From Patescibacteria group bacterium UBA2772 (lineage in GTDB: Bacteria; Patescibacteriota; Minisyncoccia; Moranbacterales; DUUL01): a DNA stretch of 64,000 bases. The translations under genes were made by a program, and so were the position numbers. The stretch spans positions 46,831 through 110,830 of the forward strand of contig DEIO01000009.1 in the NCBI GenBank assembly GCA_002352545.1. Direction: 5' to 3'. Below, in pieces: positions 47,989 through 57,385 of this stretch. The notes under the pieces were generated by a model. The model was not told where the DNA came from. It worked only from the letters and a program-made list of their open reading frames with translations, and searched no databases. Position 1 is the first letter of the stretch. Every line of letters begins with the position of its first letter.

Positions 47989-48029
47989 TAGGGGTATCTA
48001 TAGAGACCCCTATAGATACCCCTATCATA
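47989..48029 (-). promoter_or_regulatory. Second copy of the 3x12-bp operator and -10 element
   Basis: TAGGGGTATCTA (47989-48000), TAGAGACCCCTA (48001-48012), TAGATACCCCTA (48013-48024); minus-strand TATGAT at 48029-48024. Confidence 0.65.
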
Positions 48030-48175
48030 ACGCAATGCTTACAAAAAATTGAACGGGGTTTTAATTCCACCATTTTCTAATTTTTAAATAAAAAACCCAC
48101 AATATTAATCATGGATTTTAAAATTCTCTTTTCAAAACTAGTTTTATCTATTCTAGCTTTATTTTCTTGAGCACT

Positions 48176-49252
48176 CTATAAATATCGTTCTCCTCTTTCT
48201 TTTAACTCCTCAACAATTTTCTTCACATCTTGTGCTCGTGACTTAGGACAGACCAACAAAGAGTCTTCTGTATCAATAATAACCAAATCATCAACACCGA
48301 CTGTTGCTATCAATTTACCTTCTCTTCCATAAATAATACTTCCAGATGTGTCAATATTCAATCTTTCACCTTTTACCAAATTCCTTTTCTCATCAGTCTT
48401 CGTCATTAAATTCTCATGCAAAGTATCCCAAGCACCAATATCCTTCCAATCAAATGACCCTTTAATAATAACCAATTCCTCTGCATCCATCTTTTCAGTA
48501 ATAGCGTAGTCTATAGAAATTTTCTCCATAGCACAATAATTTTCTTCAACACTAATCTCATCATCATTTTCTATTGCTTGCTCTATCTTCTGAAGTTTTT
48601 CGTACATTTCTGGAGCATATTTTTTATAAGCCTCTAGAAACAATTTTGGCGTCCACATATAATAATTAGCATGCCAAAGATAACATCCCTCTTCTAAATA
48701 CTTTTGTGCTGTTTTATAATCAGGTTTTTCTGCGTGCCCTTTGAACTCAAAAAATTCAACTCCATTCTTCTCAAACAATCTTTCACCTACTTTTGTATAC
48801 CCTAAGGTAGTCGTTGGCATAGTTGGGTGTACAGAAATATCCAATAATTTACCCGTTTCTTTTATGACTTTTTCAGCTTCAATAATAGAATTTAAAAATT
48901 TATCAATTCTACCAATATAATGATCTGAAGGAATAAATGCCATTGGTTCATCAGGGTCAATCAGCTTTAGTCTCAAGGCCGTATAGGCCATTGCAGGTGC
49001 AGTATCTCTTCGTGCTGGTTCGGCTATAATATTCTCTTTTGGAAAATTTGGAAGAATTTCTTCCACTCCTTCTTGCAACTCTTTTGTTGTTGCTATAAAT
49101 ATTTTCTCTTTTGGATAACTTGAAAAACGATCGATAGTCTCTTCAAGCATAGTCTTTTCTGAGATCAATTTGCAAAACTGTTTTGGTTTTCCGGTCCTAC
49201 TCATTGGCCACATCCTTGAACCTCCTCCTCCTGCTAAAATTATAATTCTCAT
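48176..49252 (-). CDS. manC: Mannose-1-phosphate guanylyltransferase
   Basis: ILAGGGGSRMWPMSR..KPKQF, EPARRDTAPA, PSDH, ISIDYAITEK and WKDIGAW. Confidence 0.93.
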   Translation of the reverse strand: MRIIILAGGGGSRMWPMSRTGKPKQFCKLISEKTMLEETIDRFSSYPKEKIFIATTKELQEGVEEILPNFPKENIIAEPARRDTAPAMAYTALRLKLIDPDEPMAFIPSDHYIGRIDKFLNSIIEAEKVIKETGKLLDISVHPTMPTTTLGYTKVGERLFEKNGVEFFEFKGHAEKPDYKTAQKYLEEGCYLWHANYYMWTPKLFLEAYKKYAPEMYEKLQKIEQAIENDDEISVEENYCAMEKISIDYAITEKMDAEELVIIKGSFDWKDIGAWDTLHENLMTKTDEKRNLVKGERLNIDTSGSIIYGREGKLIATVGVDDLVIIDTEDSLLVCPKSRAQDVKKIVEELKERGERYL

Positions 49253-49274
49253 AATATTATCTTAAGTCTTATAT

Positions 49275-49703
49275 TTAAAACATTCTTGAATTTTCACGAT
49301 CAAATGCCTCATTAACCATAGAATCAGCCTCTTTGTTATTTTCTCTTCTCGTATGTTCAAATGTCACACTGGCAAAATCTAATTTTAAGTTCCAAATTTT
49401 TACAAAATTACTCTGAATGTTTTCATCCTTAAGTTTATATTCTCCATTCAGTTGTTTGACCATAAGTTCAGAATCACTTACGCATCTTAGTGATGTTATC
49501 TTTGTTTTATTTTTACCGATAAGCTGTTTAGTTTTTTTAAGCGCAAAAATAAGTGCTGCATACTCAGCTTCATTATTAGTTGCCTTACCAATACACTCAC
49601 CATACTTATTACTCTTTCCATCTATAATAATCACAGCACCAACAGCCGCTGGACCAGGATTACCTCTTGACCCTCCGTCTGTAAAAATATCTACTTTATT
49701 CAT
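49275..49703 (-). CDS. rnhA: Ribonuclease HI family protein
   Basis: FTDGGSRGNPGPA, TNNEAEY, DSELMVKQLNG and RENNKEAD. Confidence 0.93.
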   Translation of the reverse strand: MNKVDIFTDGGSRGNPGPAAVGAVIIIDGKSNKYGECIGKATNNEAEYAALIFALKKTKQLIGKNKTKITSLRCVSDSELMVKQLNGEYKLKDENIQSNFVKIWNLKLDFASVTFEHTRRENNKEADSMVNEAFDRENSRMF

Positions 49704-49726
49704 TATAACTTTTAATTTATTATCTG

Positions 49727-50161
49727 TTATCTATACAAAACTTTCACCCTAAAATCACACATCTTATCAGGAACAATAAATTCCGTATCATCTTTAAATA
49801 TCAAGTTTATAACTGGTCTTACCATTTTTGTCTTTCCTACTTTTTCGAAAGAAATGCTACTGTCAATAAATCCAGCCTTACTTTTCAACAAAACAATATT
49901 TTTTAATAGAGCTTTTGTTGCAGTTTCATAACTAACCTCTTTGGTAGCATGTTTATCAAAATTAATCTCATCTGAGCATTGGAAAACCAAAAATGGTTTT
50001 GATTTCTTAAAAAAATTGAAATTATAATCATTTTTAACAAAAAAACCAATTACAACAAAGAAGATCAATAATAAAATGACTAACCTGATTTTTGGTTTTT
50101 TCTTTGTAAAATTAGAACCTTCAAAAACATAACCTTTTTCTGGTTCTTCAAACTCAATCAT
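49727..50161 (-). CDS. Hypothetical single-TM protein
   Basis: 144-aa ORF overlapping the parB stop; one hydrophobic segment. Confidence 0.6.
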   Translation of the reverse strand: MIEFEEPEKGYVFEGSNFTKKKPKIRLVILLLIFFVVIGFFVKNDYNFNFFKKSKPFLVFQCSDEINFDKHATKEVSYETATKALLKNIVLLKSKAGFIDSSISFEKVGKTKMVRPVINLIFKDDTEFIVPDKMCDFRVKVLYR

Positions 50162-51227
50162 CTTGAGATGTTAGATTGCTAAAAAGTGAATCAAATTCTT
50201 CTTTAGAATAAAAATCTATAACAATCTTTCCTCCTTTAGTACCTTTTTTAATTTCAACTTTTGTTCCCAATAGCTGAGCCAACTTCTCCTGCATCGAATA
50301 AATTTCTGGGTCAAAGTTTTTTGTTTTCCTTCTGACACCGCCACCTAGAACATCCCGAACTTTATTCTCGGCCTGCCTGACATTTAAATTTTCTTTTAGT
50401 ATAAGCTCATATAAAGCTCTTTGTTTCTCTGAATTAGAAATTCCCAAAATAGTCTTTGCGTGTCCTTCTGATATTTTCTCATCCATAAGAGCTCTTTGAA
50501 CTTCAACTGGCAAGTTCAACAACCTCAATAAATTGGCAATTGTGCTTCTACTCTTTCCAACCCTAACTGCAATATCTTCTTGAGTCATAGAAAATCTATC
50601 TCGCATTTTTTTATAAGCCCTTGCCTCTTCCATTGGATTAAGGTCATGTCTTTGAAGGTTTTCAACTAATGCCCATTCTGCCTTTTTTTGATCATCGACA
50701 TTTTTGACTATTACTGGAACTTTTTCTAAACCAGCAATTTTACTAGCCTCCAAACGTCTTTCGCCAGCAATTAGTTCATATCCTCCATTCCCAGCATCTG
50801 TAACAATTAGCGGTTGGATAATTCCATGTTCATTAATCGAATCGGCAAGTTCTGCTAATTTTGTTTCATTAAATCTAACACGTGGTTGATGTGGATTAGG
50901 CACAATTCTATCGACTGAGATATTCTCAACTCCCTCTTGAAATTTTTTCTTATCTATCTTTTCTTGATTGTTGCTATTAACTTTTTTGTGGATAGACGTT
51001 TTTTGTAATGTTTTGTTTTTGTTTTTCTCAACAATATTGTTTGTGGTAGTCTTCGCGATATCTAAAGAAATATTTTCAGTAACTTTCCTTGGTTTAGCGT
51101 AATTCAAATAAGACTGGTCTTCATCAGTTTTGTTGATTTTTCTTTCTGTGTTCTCTTCTTTTTGTTTAAGATTTTTCGGAGGGATAAGAGAAGCCAAGCC
51201 CCTTCCAAGTCCACCTTGCTGAGCCAT
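50154..51227 (-). CDS. parB: Chromosome partitioning protein ParB
   Basis: GLGRGLASLIP, PNPHQPR, IAGERR, ENLQRHDLNPMEEA and HTH; start placed at ATG 51227. Confidence 0.96.
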   Translation of the reverse strand: MAQQGGLGRGLASLIPPKNLKQKEENTERKINKTDEDQSYLNYAKPRKVTENISLDIAKTTTNNIVEKNKNKTLQKTSIHKKVNSNNQEKIDKKKFQEGVENISVDRIVPNPHQPRVRFNETKLAELADSINEHGIIQPLIVTDAGNGGYELIAGERRLEASKIAGLEKVPVIVKNVDDQKKAEWALVENLQRHDLNPMEEARAYKKMRDRFSMTQEDIAVRVGKSRSTIANLLRLLNLPVEVQRALMDEKISEGHAKTILGISNSEKQRALYELILKENLNVRQAENKVRDVLGGGVRRKTKNFDPEIYSMQEKLAQLLGTKVEIKKGTKGGKIVIDFYSKEEFDSLFSNLTSQDD

Positions 51228-51258
51228 TTTTATTTCTACTAAACTTATTATTTTTTTT

Positions 51259-52044
51259 CTATTCTCCTTCCACTGAGTTATTTTCACTTCTCTCAATTAC
51301 TTCACTAGCAAGTTGACGATAAGCCCTTGCCCCTTTATTGAAGCGATCAAAAGCTAGAATTGATTTTCCAAAACTTGGTGCCTCTGCTAATTTAACAGTT
51401 CTTGGAACAACAGCATCAAAAACTTTTCCGGGAAAATGCTTTCGAACTTCTTTCACAACTTGATGAGCTAATCTATTTCTTCTATCAAACATTGTCATTA
51501 CGATTCCTCCTAATTGTAGTTTTGGCTGTAAATGATCTTGAACTAGGTCAATTGTATTCAATAACTGTCCTAAACCTTCCAATGCAAAATACTCAGTTTG
51601 AACTGGAATAATAACTTCATCAGATGCCACCAGACCGTTAATTGTTAATAAACCCAAACTTGGTGGTGAATCTATTATAATAAAGTCATATTTTGAACGT
51701 ATTTTTCTCAAAACATTGTAAAGTTTGTATTCCCTATTTTCCATTCCAGTTAGCTCTACCGAAGCAGCTGCTAAATCTTGATTAGAAGTAATTATGTCGT
51801 GACTTAAAAACTCTGTTCGAATTATTACATTCTCTGGATGTTCATCTAAAACAAGTGTGTGATAAAGATTTTTCTCTACTGTTTGTGGATCAATCCCAAG
51901 CCCACTTGAAGCATTTGATTGTGGATCCAAATCAACTAATAAAACATTCTTGCCGTGATCGGCAAGATATGTAACTAGATTAATAGCGGTAGTGGTCTTT
52001 CCTACTCCGCCTTTTTGATTTACTAATGATATTATTTTTCCCAT
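51259..52044 (-). CDS. parA: Chromosome partitioning ATPase ParA/Soj
   Basis: NQKGGVGKTTT, DLDPQSN, IDSPPSLG and EAPSFG; start placed at ATG 52044. Confidence 0.97.
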   Translation of the reverse strand: MGKIISLVNQKGGVGKTTTAINLVTYLADHGKNVLLVDLDPQSNASSGLGIDPQTVEKNLYHTLVLDEHPENVIIRTEFLSHDIITSNQDLAAASVELTGMENREYKLYNVLRKIRSKYDFIIIDSPPSLGLLTINGLVASDEVIIPVQTEYFALEGLGQLLNTIDLVQDHLQPKLQLGGIVMTMFDRRNRLAHQVVKEVRKHFPGKVFDAVVPRTVKLAEAPSFGKSILAFDRFNKGARAYRQLASEVIERSENNSVEGE

Positions 52045-52102
52045 ATGTCCAATTATATCCAAAAACAAACGTTTTCGCAAATACAAAAAATATTACGATA
52101 AC

Positions 52103-52134
52103 AAAAAACCCAAGACTTTCGTCTTGGGTTTTTT
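52103..52134 (-). terminator. Intrinsic terminator after rplL
   Basis: Perfect inverted repeat AAAAAACCCAAGAC-TTTC-GTCTTGGGTTTTTT. Confidence 0.85.
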
Positions 52135-52162
52135 GTTATAAGATTTTTATCCTAAATTGAAA

Positions 52163-52585
52163 CTATTTCAATTCTACAGTAGCACCAGCATCTTCAAGTT
52201 TTTTTTTCAACTCTTCAGCTTCTTCTTTAGCTACTTTTTCTTTAATAACCTTAGGAACTCCGTCTACCATTCCTTTAGCTTCTTTAAGTCCTAAACCTGT
52301 AATTTCTTTTACAACCTTAATTACATTAATTTTGGCATCACCAGGTGCAATTAAAGTAACGTCAAATTCTGATTTCTCTTCAACAGCCTCACCTTCAGCA
52401 CCAGCTACAGGAACAGCCATAGCCATGGCAGGAGCAGCAGCAGAAACATTAAATTTGTCCTCAAGAACTGTAACCAATTCAGAAAGATCTAGCACATTCA
52501 TCTTTTCGATTTCTTCAACGATAGATTTGAATTTAGCAGGAATTTCAATTTCCTTCTTTTCCTCAACTTTTTTTTCTTCGCTCAT
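52163..52585 (-). CDS. rplL: 50S ribosomal protein L7/L12
   Basis: [20 protein letters not shown] and [11 protein letters not shown]. Confidence 0.98.
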   Translation of the reverse strand: MSEEKKVEEKKEIEIPAKFKSIVEEIEKMNVLDLSELVTVLEDKFNVSAAAPAMAMAVPVAGAEGEAVEEKSEFDVTLIAPGDAKINVIKVVKEITGLGLKEAKGMVDGVPKVIKEKVAKEEAEELKKKLEDAGATVELK

Positions 52586-52651
52586 AATTGTATAGAATTA
52601 TTATTGATAAATATATTGTTTAATTAAAATAAATAATAGATAAATTAGTCA

Positions 52652-53176
52652 TTATGCGTTCTCTCTTGATCCCTTTATTGTATCCAAAGTATATACTACA
52701 TTTCTCAAATTCCCTTTAAGAACACCTATGAACCCTGCAATAGGAGCCTTGATTGTGCCAACAACTTGTCCAAGCAATTGTTCTTTTGTAAGAAGTTTTG
52801 CTAAATTAGTTATTTCTTTAACTGTTATTGCCTTTCCTTCTAATGAACCGGCTCTAATCTTGAAAGCTTTATTGTTCTTTGAAAAATCAAATGCTGATCT
52901 TGAAGAACAAACTTCATCGTCTCCTCCATATATAACTGCGATTTGACCCTTGATTCCCCTAACATCTAGTTCAATCTTAGCCTTTGAAAAAGCTAATTGA
53001 GCAAAAGTCTTTTTGATAACTCGCATACTTGCGTTATTTTCTCTTAAAGATTTCCTCAATTCACTAACTTCAGAAACAGTTAATCCTTTATAGTCACAAA
53101 CTACAGAGGTTTTAGTTTCTTGAAGATTTTTGCTAAGATCATCTACTAGTGCCTTTTTCTCTTGGCGTGTAAGCAT
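52652..53176 (-). CDS. rplJ: 50S ribosomal protein L10
   Basis: DYKGLTVSEVSELRKSLR; position upstream of rplL. Confidence 0.95.
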   Translation of the reverse strand: MLTRQEKKALVDDLSKNLQETKTSVVCDYKGLTVSEVSELRKSLRENNASMRVIKKTFAQLAFSKAKIELDVRGIKGQIAVIYGGDDEVCSSRSAFDFSKNNKAFKIRAGSLEGKAITVKEITNLAKLLTKEQLLGQVVGTIKAPIAGFIGVLKGNLRNVVYTLDTIKGSRENA

Positions 53177-53220
53177 TTCTCTTATTTTAATCTAATTAAT
53201 CTAAATCTATATGTAACAAA

Positions 53221-53322
53221 CAAAAAATCCGTACTCTTCGCACAGATTCTACAAAAGTAAAGCCAAAATGACTTATACTCCTGCTTAGGACTTATTTGTT
53301 GAGCCTAAGGTCTGCGGAATAT
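53221..53322 (-). promoter_or_regulatory. L10 leader (rplJL autoregulatory RNA)
   Basis: CCGCAGACCUUAGG...UAAGUCCUAAG element and terminal hairpin with U tract; upstream TTGACA-17-TAGACT promoter at 53365-53337. Confidence 0.7.
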
Positions 53323-53394
53323 TTATTTCTTATAAGAGTCTACATTCTTTTTGTTTTTTTGTCAAACAATTTTTCCGGGGAATAATCCCCTAGA

Positions 53395-54036
53395 CTAAAC
53401 ACCAACCAGATACTTCCAAAGAAAACCAACTACATTAAGAATGATATTACTAATGAACCCAGGACTGGCATAGTTTATCAAAAAGATAAATACTAGAAAA
53501 ATAACGAAACCATTTCGTTCTAGTGTTTGTTTTGTATACTCAGAGATTGGCAGGAACACAAACAATAGCTTGGAACCATCTAGAGGTGGTACTGGAAATA
53601 AATTAAAAACCATAAGGGCTGTGTTTATAATAAACAAAGCAGAAAGAGTATATCCTAACAATCCATCGGCCACACCAACTAGATATGCTAACCTTAAAGA
53701 GATACCTGCAATTAATATAAGTACAAAATTAGATAAAGGACCTGCTACACCAACAATTGCTGGTCCATATTTCTGATCCTTTAAGTTATACGGATTATAT
53801 GGCACAGGCTTAGCCCAACCAAAAACAAACCCTACATTAGAAATTGTTAAAAAAACTGGAACAATAAAAGAACCCCATAGATCCAAATGACTAGCCGGAT
53901 TCAATGTCAACCTCCCAGCATATTTGGCTGTTGGATCACCCAATCTATATGCAGCATATCCATGAGATACCTCGTGGATAATAACTGAGAAAATTAAAAC
54001 TGCTATTTGCAAGACTACTTCAATACTAATACCCAT
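53395..54036 (-). CDS. Site-2 protease (M50) family membrane metallopeptidase
   Basis: HEVSH, GDPTAK..GRLTLNP, AGPLSN and FNLFPVPPLDG. Confidence 0.93.
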   Translation of the reverse strand: MGISIEVVLQIAVLIFSVIIHEVSHGYAAYRLGDPTAKYAGRLTLNPASHLDLWGSFIVPVFLTISNVGFVFGWAKPVPYNPYNLKDQKYGPAIVGVAGPLSNFVLILIAGISLRLAYLVGVADGLLGYTLSALFIINTALMVFNLFPVPPLDGSKLLFVFLPISEYTKQTLERNGFVIFLVFIFLINYASPGFISNIILNVVGFLWKYLVGV

Positions 54037-54119
54037 ATAAATTCGTAACTGTTTATAATAAAATCCTAACATTCAAAAACCTTGTCATTTGGAAGCCATT
54101 CAACAATTCCAAAAAATAA

Positions 54120-54148
54120 TTGACAAAACACCCATGACTTGGTATTAT
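54120..54148 (+). promoter_or_regulatory. Putative sigma70 promoter of rpmB
   Basis: TTGACA (54120-54125), 17 nt, TATTAT (54143-54148) with extended TG. Confidence 0.65.
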
Positions 54149-54197
54149 GTTATTTGTTAAGTTTACAATATATTTTATAACTATTCAAGATAGATAT

Positions 54198-54371
54198 ATG
54201 GCACGTTGCAGTATTTGCGGTAAGAAAACTATGTCAGGAAACTCACGTTCTCATTCTAATATCGCTACAAAGAGAACTTTCAAAGTCAACATTCAAACAA
54301 AACATATTGATGGCAAAAAAGTCAAAGTTTGTGCTAAATGCATTAAAACAATAAATAAAGTTTCTAAGTAA
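54198..54371 (+). CDS. rpmB: 50S ribosomal protein L28
   Basis: MARCSICGK...GNSRSHSNIATKRTFKVNIQ...VCAKCIK. Confidence 0.96.
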   Translation: MARCSICGKKTMSGNSRSHSNIATKRTFKVNIQTKHIDGKKVKVCAKCIKTINKVSK

Positions 54372-54434
54372 AGTTCCATTTACTCTTAAAAATGCCCCTG
54401 GTTTTTCTGGAGGCTTTTTTTATACCCAAATAAT

Positions 54435-54474
54435 AAAAATAGTAAGGAAATAATATTTCCTTACTATTTTTTTT
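54435..54474. terminator. Probable bidirectional terminator between convergent genes
   Basis: Inverted repeat AAAAATAGTAAGGAAATA-A-TATTTCCTTACTATTTTT. Confidence 0.65.
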
Positions 54475-54534
54475 CAAATCTCAAAATCATAGCAAATCAT
54501 TCAAGAAAGTTAATAGACTAAAAAATTTCTGCTT

Positions 54535-54993
54535 CTATTTGTGAAGTGAAATGACTCCCAATCCGACAAGAACCAAAGTAATACCAAAAAAATATACTCC
54601 ATCAAATTTAATTTGCTCAAAATATTTAGGCAAAAGATATGCGAGTACAGGTCCGATTAAAAAAATCATAGCGCTATTAGCACCAACAATTGTCATTGGC
54701 AATCCAAGATTAGGAGCTTCTATAACGGCCTGAACAAGAAGAATATTAGCCGCTACACCAAATACAACACCCAAAAATGCAATGACTAAAAGACATGTAT
54801 TTGGTGTAATCAGATAAGTTCCTTTACCTATTGCCGTGTAAGAAAACATTCCAAAAACAATTCCAATAAACCAGTAAAGAATCGCTGACTCTGGTCTAAT
54901 CGAATAAGCTCTATCAAAAGCACTTAGAATTAAAATGAACGGAATAACTGCAAACGCCGAAAAAAACGATTTAGCCAACCAACCATTAATCAT
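54535..54993 (-). CDS. Small polytopic membrane protein, EamA/DMT-like
   Basis: About five TM segments; ANILLVQAVIEAPNLG...GITLVLVGLGVI. Confidence 0.55.
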   Translation of the reverse strand: MINGWLAKSFFSAFAVIPFILILSAFDRAYSIRPESAILYWFIGIVFGMFSYTAIGKGTYLITPNTCLLVIAFLGVVFGVAANILLVQAVIEAPNLGLPMTIVGANSAMIFLIGPVLAYLLPKYFEQIKFDGVYFFGITLVLVGLGVISLHK

Positions 54994-55202
54994 AAGAACA
55001 CCCCTTGGGTTAAAACATGAATATTAATTAATTTACTACTTGCAATTACATCATATTAAACACCTACAGATACTTTTGTCAATTAAAACAATGGACAAAA
55101 TTTCGAAATGAACTAGGAATTCTACTTATTAGCTAAGCGACTAATGTGTGCATACGGAAAAGTATAAAATTCTACTGTTCCAGAGCTTACAATATTCTTT
55201 TG

Positions 55203-56510
55203 TTATGCAACTGGCGCACCCAAAAAATCATGGAAAAGCAAAATTGCAATTGTAGCCACAATACAGGTTACAATCATAGTAGCGGTTCCAGATTTAAGCC
55301 ATTTCTTGAAAGTTATTGGACTATCAGTCTGTTCAGACTTTGAAACAACAATAACATTTGCAGTGGATCCAATAGGAGAACCATTTCCTCCAAATCCAAC
55401 TCCGAAAACAAGTGCCCACCAAAGAAGATTGACATCTACTCCCTGCGATTGAAGATGTGCAATCACAGGAATCATCGCTACAGTAAATGGTATATTATCA
55501 ACCAATGCAGACAATGTTGCACTCGTCCATAGAACTATTATAGCTGTTAAAACCATATTATCAGCTGCACCTCCAACTAAAATATTTGCAACATGTTCCA
55601 GAACTCCAGCATGTTCAAGTCCTCCAACGATAACAAAAAGAGAAGCAAAAAACACCAAGACAGATAGTTCTATCTTTGCAAAAATTTTCTGAGGATCTTT
55701 TCTAGGAGAAATAAGCAGTAAAGCCAATGAAGCTCCAATTAATGCTACCGTTGATGGTGCTATATGCAAACTACTATGTAAGAAGAATAAAGCAACAACC
55801 AAACAAAGAATACCAACAATTATTTTAAGCGTAGGCATATCAGTTATAGCGTCCTTCTCGTTCATCTTCATAAGCTCATCAATATTCTGCGGTTTCTGTT
55901 TCATTTCTTTTCTAAAAATAAATTTTAGCACAAGTAGAGTAACCAACCAAGCAACGATTACTACAGGCATTGAATGTGTCAAGAATGTGTTGAAACTAAA
56001 ATTAGCTGCCGAACCAATCATTATATTAGGAGGATCTCCAACTAACGTAGCAACTCCACCTGTATCAGACAAAAGAGCTTCTGCCATCAAAACTGGCATT
56101 GGATTGATTTTAAGAATCTTTGTTATAATTATTGTAACAGGAACTATTAAAATAATTGTTGTAACGTTATCCAAAATTAAAGACAATAAAGTTGTAAGCG
56201 TTCCTAATGCTAAAACCAAAAGCCAAGGATTTCCTTTGGTCTTTTTAGCAGTATAAATTCCCAAATACTGAAAAGCACCTGTATCCTCTAGAATTGCAAT
56301 CAATACCATCATACCCATCAAAAGGCCAATTGTATTAAAATCAATCGCTCCGAGTGCTTGCTCCGGTGTATAAAACTTACCCATCATTCCAACAACAACC
56401 ATAGTAATAGCCCCGAAGAGTCCGATTACTGTTCTGTGCACTTTCTCGGAGATTATCAACCCAAAGGTCACTCCGAAAATAATAAGACTAATCCAAAATG
56501 AATGTTCCAC
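55203..56510 (-). CDS. ArsB/NhaD-family ion transporter (P-protein-like)
   Basis: LDNVTT, GGVATLVGDPPNIMIG, SALVDNIPFTVAM and GGNGSPIGSTANV. Confidence 0.92.
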   Translation of the reverse strand: MEHSFWISLIIFGVTFGLIISEKVHRTVIGLFGAITMVVVGMMGKFYTPEQALGAIDFNTIGLLMGMMVLIAILEDTGAFQYLGIYTAKKTKGNPWLLVLALGTLTTLLSLILDNVTTIILIVPVTIIITKILKINPMPVLMAEALLSDTGGVATLVGDPPNIMIGSAANFSFNTFLTHSMPVVIVAWLVTLLVLKFIFRKEMKQKPQNIDELMKMNEKDAITDMPTLKIIVGILCLVVALFFLHSSLHIAPSTVALIGASLALLLISPRKDPQKIFAKIELSVLVFFASLFVIVGGLEHAGVLEHVANILVGGAADNMVLTAIIVLWTSATLSALVDNIPFTVAMIPVIAHLQSQGVDVNLLWWALVFGVGFGGNGSPIGSTANVIVVSKSEQTDSPITFKKWLKSGTATMIVTCIVATIAILLFHDFLGAPVA

Positions 56511-56575
56511 TTTATTATTAAATGAAAAATTAAAAAAATCTCCGTTTTTGACAGAGTATTAATACGTAAAAAAAC

Positions 56576-57058
56576 TTATCCCTTAAAACAACCTTCAATT
56601 TCTAAAAACGCTCCAATCACTTGCTTTAACTCAGTCCTAGTAAGTAGACCAAGTGGCTTACCATTATCATCTAAAACTGGAATTCTAATTTGTCTACTAG
56701 AAGCCACTATCATAGCGGCTTTCAAAAGACTTTCTCTTTCTTTGATCGTCTTTATATCAACTACAATTAATTCTTTCACAGATTTATCAGCAACCTTTTC
56801 AACCTGTTCTTTGAACAAACTTTCATTAGCAAAATGAGCAGCTGTCATGTCATCTCCTATATAATTAGGGACGCTGTTATTAATCAATGTTCCTGCATTG
56901 ATTACACCAACAAATTTACCACCATTATCGACAACCACAAGAGAATTGGTCTTTTTGCAAATCATTTTTTTCAAAGCATCTTTAAAAGTAGCCTTGTCCT
57001 CAATGATTTGAATCTCTCTCATTATGTCTTTGATGAGAACTTTTTTTATTTCCATCAT
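56576..57058 (-). CDS. CBS-domain pair protein
   Basis: IKDIM...LVVVDNGGKFVGVI and IPVLDDNGKPLGLLTRTE; start placed at ATG 57058. Confidence 0.88.
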   Translation of the reverse strand: MMEIKKVLIKDIMREIQIIEDKATFKDALKKMICKKTNSLVVVDNGGKFVGVINAGTLINNSVPNYIGDDMTAAHFANESLFKEQVEKVADKSVKELIVVDIKTIKERESLLKAAMIVASSRQIRIPVLDDNGKPLGLLTRTELKQVIGAFLEIEGCFKG

Positions 57059-57242
57059 CTTTTTATCTTTTATAAAATTTATAAAATTAATCCTATTCCG
57101 ACTTTTCAAAAAAGTAAAAATTATTAACTTGAAAAATACCAGAATTAAACACTAATATCTTTAAATTCACAGATCTACTTAAATAATTTACGCCATAAGC
57201 AAACAAAACTTACTAAATAGAACTATAAATACAAAATGTAAC

Positions 57243-57315
57243 GCTCTTGTCTTTACCCATTTTGATTAAATCTTGCTTACTTTAATAATTATTTAGTAAT
57301 CAATGAGCACAGAGC
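57243..57315 (-). promoter_or_regulatory. Structured element in the leader of the CBS-ArsB/NhaD operon
   Basis: Stems GCUCUGU/ACA(A)GAGC, GCUCAUU/AAUGGGU (two G-U pairs) and GAUUA/UAAUC. Confidence 0.45.
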
Positions 57316-57385
57316 TTTTTCATTTACATCATTCACTTTTTCTTCATTTTTGTCAATAATTCTCAACACAATCATTGAACTAGTT

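Noticed and set aside
50154-52086. parS sites or replication origin near parAB
   Set aside because: No TGTTTCACGTGAAACA-like palindrome, DnaA-box cluster or dnaA gene noticed by eye
55118-55179. Two AATTCTACT copies resembling the 3' part of Cas12a CRISPR repeats
   Set aside because: Only 9 nt shared, no GTAGA closing arm, only two copies and no cas genes; better explained as arms of one hairpin
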